A stretch of DNA of 35,028 nucleotides from Candidatus Eiseniibacteriota bacterium. Its GTDB lineage: Bacteria; Eisenbacteria; RBG-16-71-46. The first letter of the stretch is position 1. Each line of letters begins with the position of its first letter. Below are positions 34,948 to 35,028 of this stretch, piece after piece. The position numbers and the translations under genes are program-made. The DNA is taken from the NCBI GenBank assembly GCA_044222065.1, contig JBGAOA010000044.1:1-35028 (forward strand). Reading direction: 5' to 3'. The notes beneath the pieces are model-generated. The model was not told the DNA's origin and ran no database searches. It was given only the letters and a program-made list of their open reading frames with translations.

Positions 34948-35028
34948 TCAGGGGCGGGGCGCGGGCGGCCGCGCCCCGCCGCACGGCGCGCGGAATCCGC
35001 CGCCGCGCCAGTTCACCGCACGCGCGCC
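34948..35028 (-). CDS. Possible 3' end of a convergent gene entering from the right edge
   Basis: Open frame GARAVNWRGGGFRAPCGGARPPAPRP ending in TGA at 34948-34950; too short to identify. Confidence 0.35.
   Translation of the reverse strand, partial: GARAVNWRGGGFRAPCGGARPPAPRP
34953..34980. terminator. 12-bp GC hairpin downstream of the secreted-protein gene
   Basis: GGCGGGGCGCGG-GCGG-CCGCGCCCCGCC; no U-tract, and it may lie inside the convergent gene end. Confidence 0.35.

Noticed and set aside
1..35028. CRISPR arrays, tRNA/rRNA genes, IS elements
   Set aside because: None seen. Intergenic gaps are all under about 250 bp, with no spaced repeats, cloverleaf or transposase motifs.

Overview
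Very GC-rich bacterial chromosomal segment (roughly 70-75% GC by eye), almost entirely housekeeping and mostly on the minus strand. A SecA with a large PPXD-region insertion, a PD40-Omp85 protein and an Ig-like lipoprotein point to an FCB-group-like diderm, possibly Candidatus Eisenbacteria (inference). Minus-strand blocks, read right to left: (1) purN-HAD-purC-cupin-purH-guaA-membrane protein-slt; (2) phytol/dolichol-kinase-like, TPR, csp; (3) secA-smg(DUF494)-topA-xerC-Ig-like lipoprotein-dapF-dapA-dapB-peptidase/PD40/Omp85; (4) uvrC-xerD-OMP-beta-CASP nuclease-SNF2 (YqhH-like)-partial partner gene. Plus-strand genes are rpsT, a small exported protein, an NHL-type lipoprotein, a DUF5519-like protein and a Cys-rich secreted protein. 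I found no mobile element, CRISPR array or RNA gene. dapB, the TPR gene and slt carry indels that look like long-read consensus errors. The best candidate for an under-described system is the coupled trio of a beta-CASP nuclease, a SNF2 ATPase with an N-terminal UvrD/PcrA-type Tudor (RNA-polymerase-binding) domain and an unknown partner, all downstream of uvrC-xerD. Also notable are three candidate leaderless promoters, ten GTGA stop/start overlaps and a Lys/Ala-rich N-terminal tail on TopA. All family calls come from motif recognition; no database searches were run.
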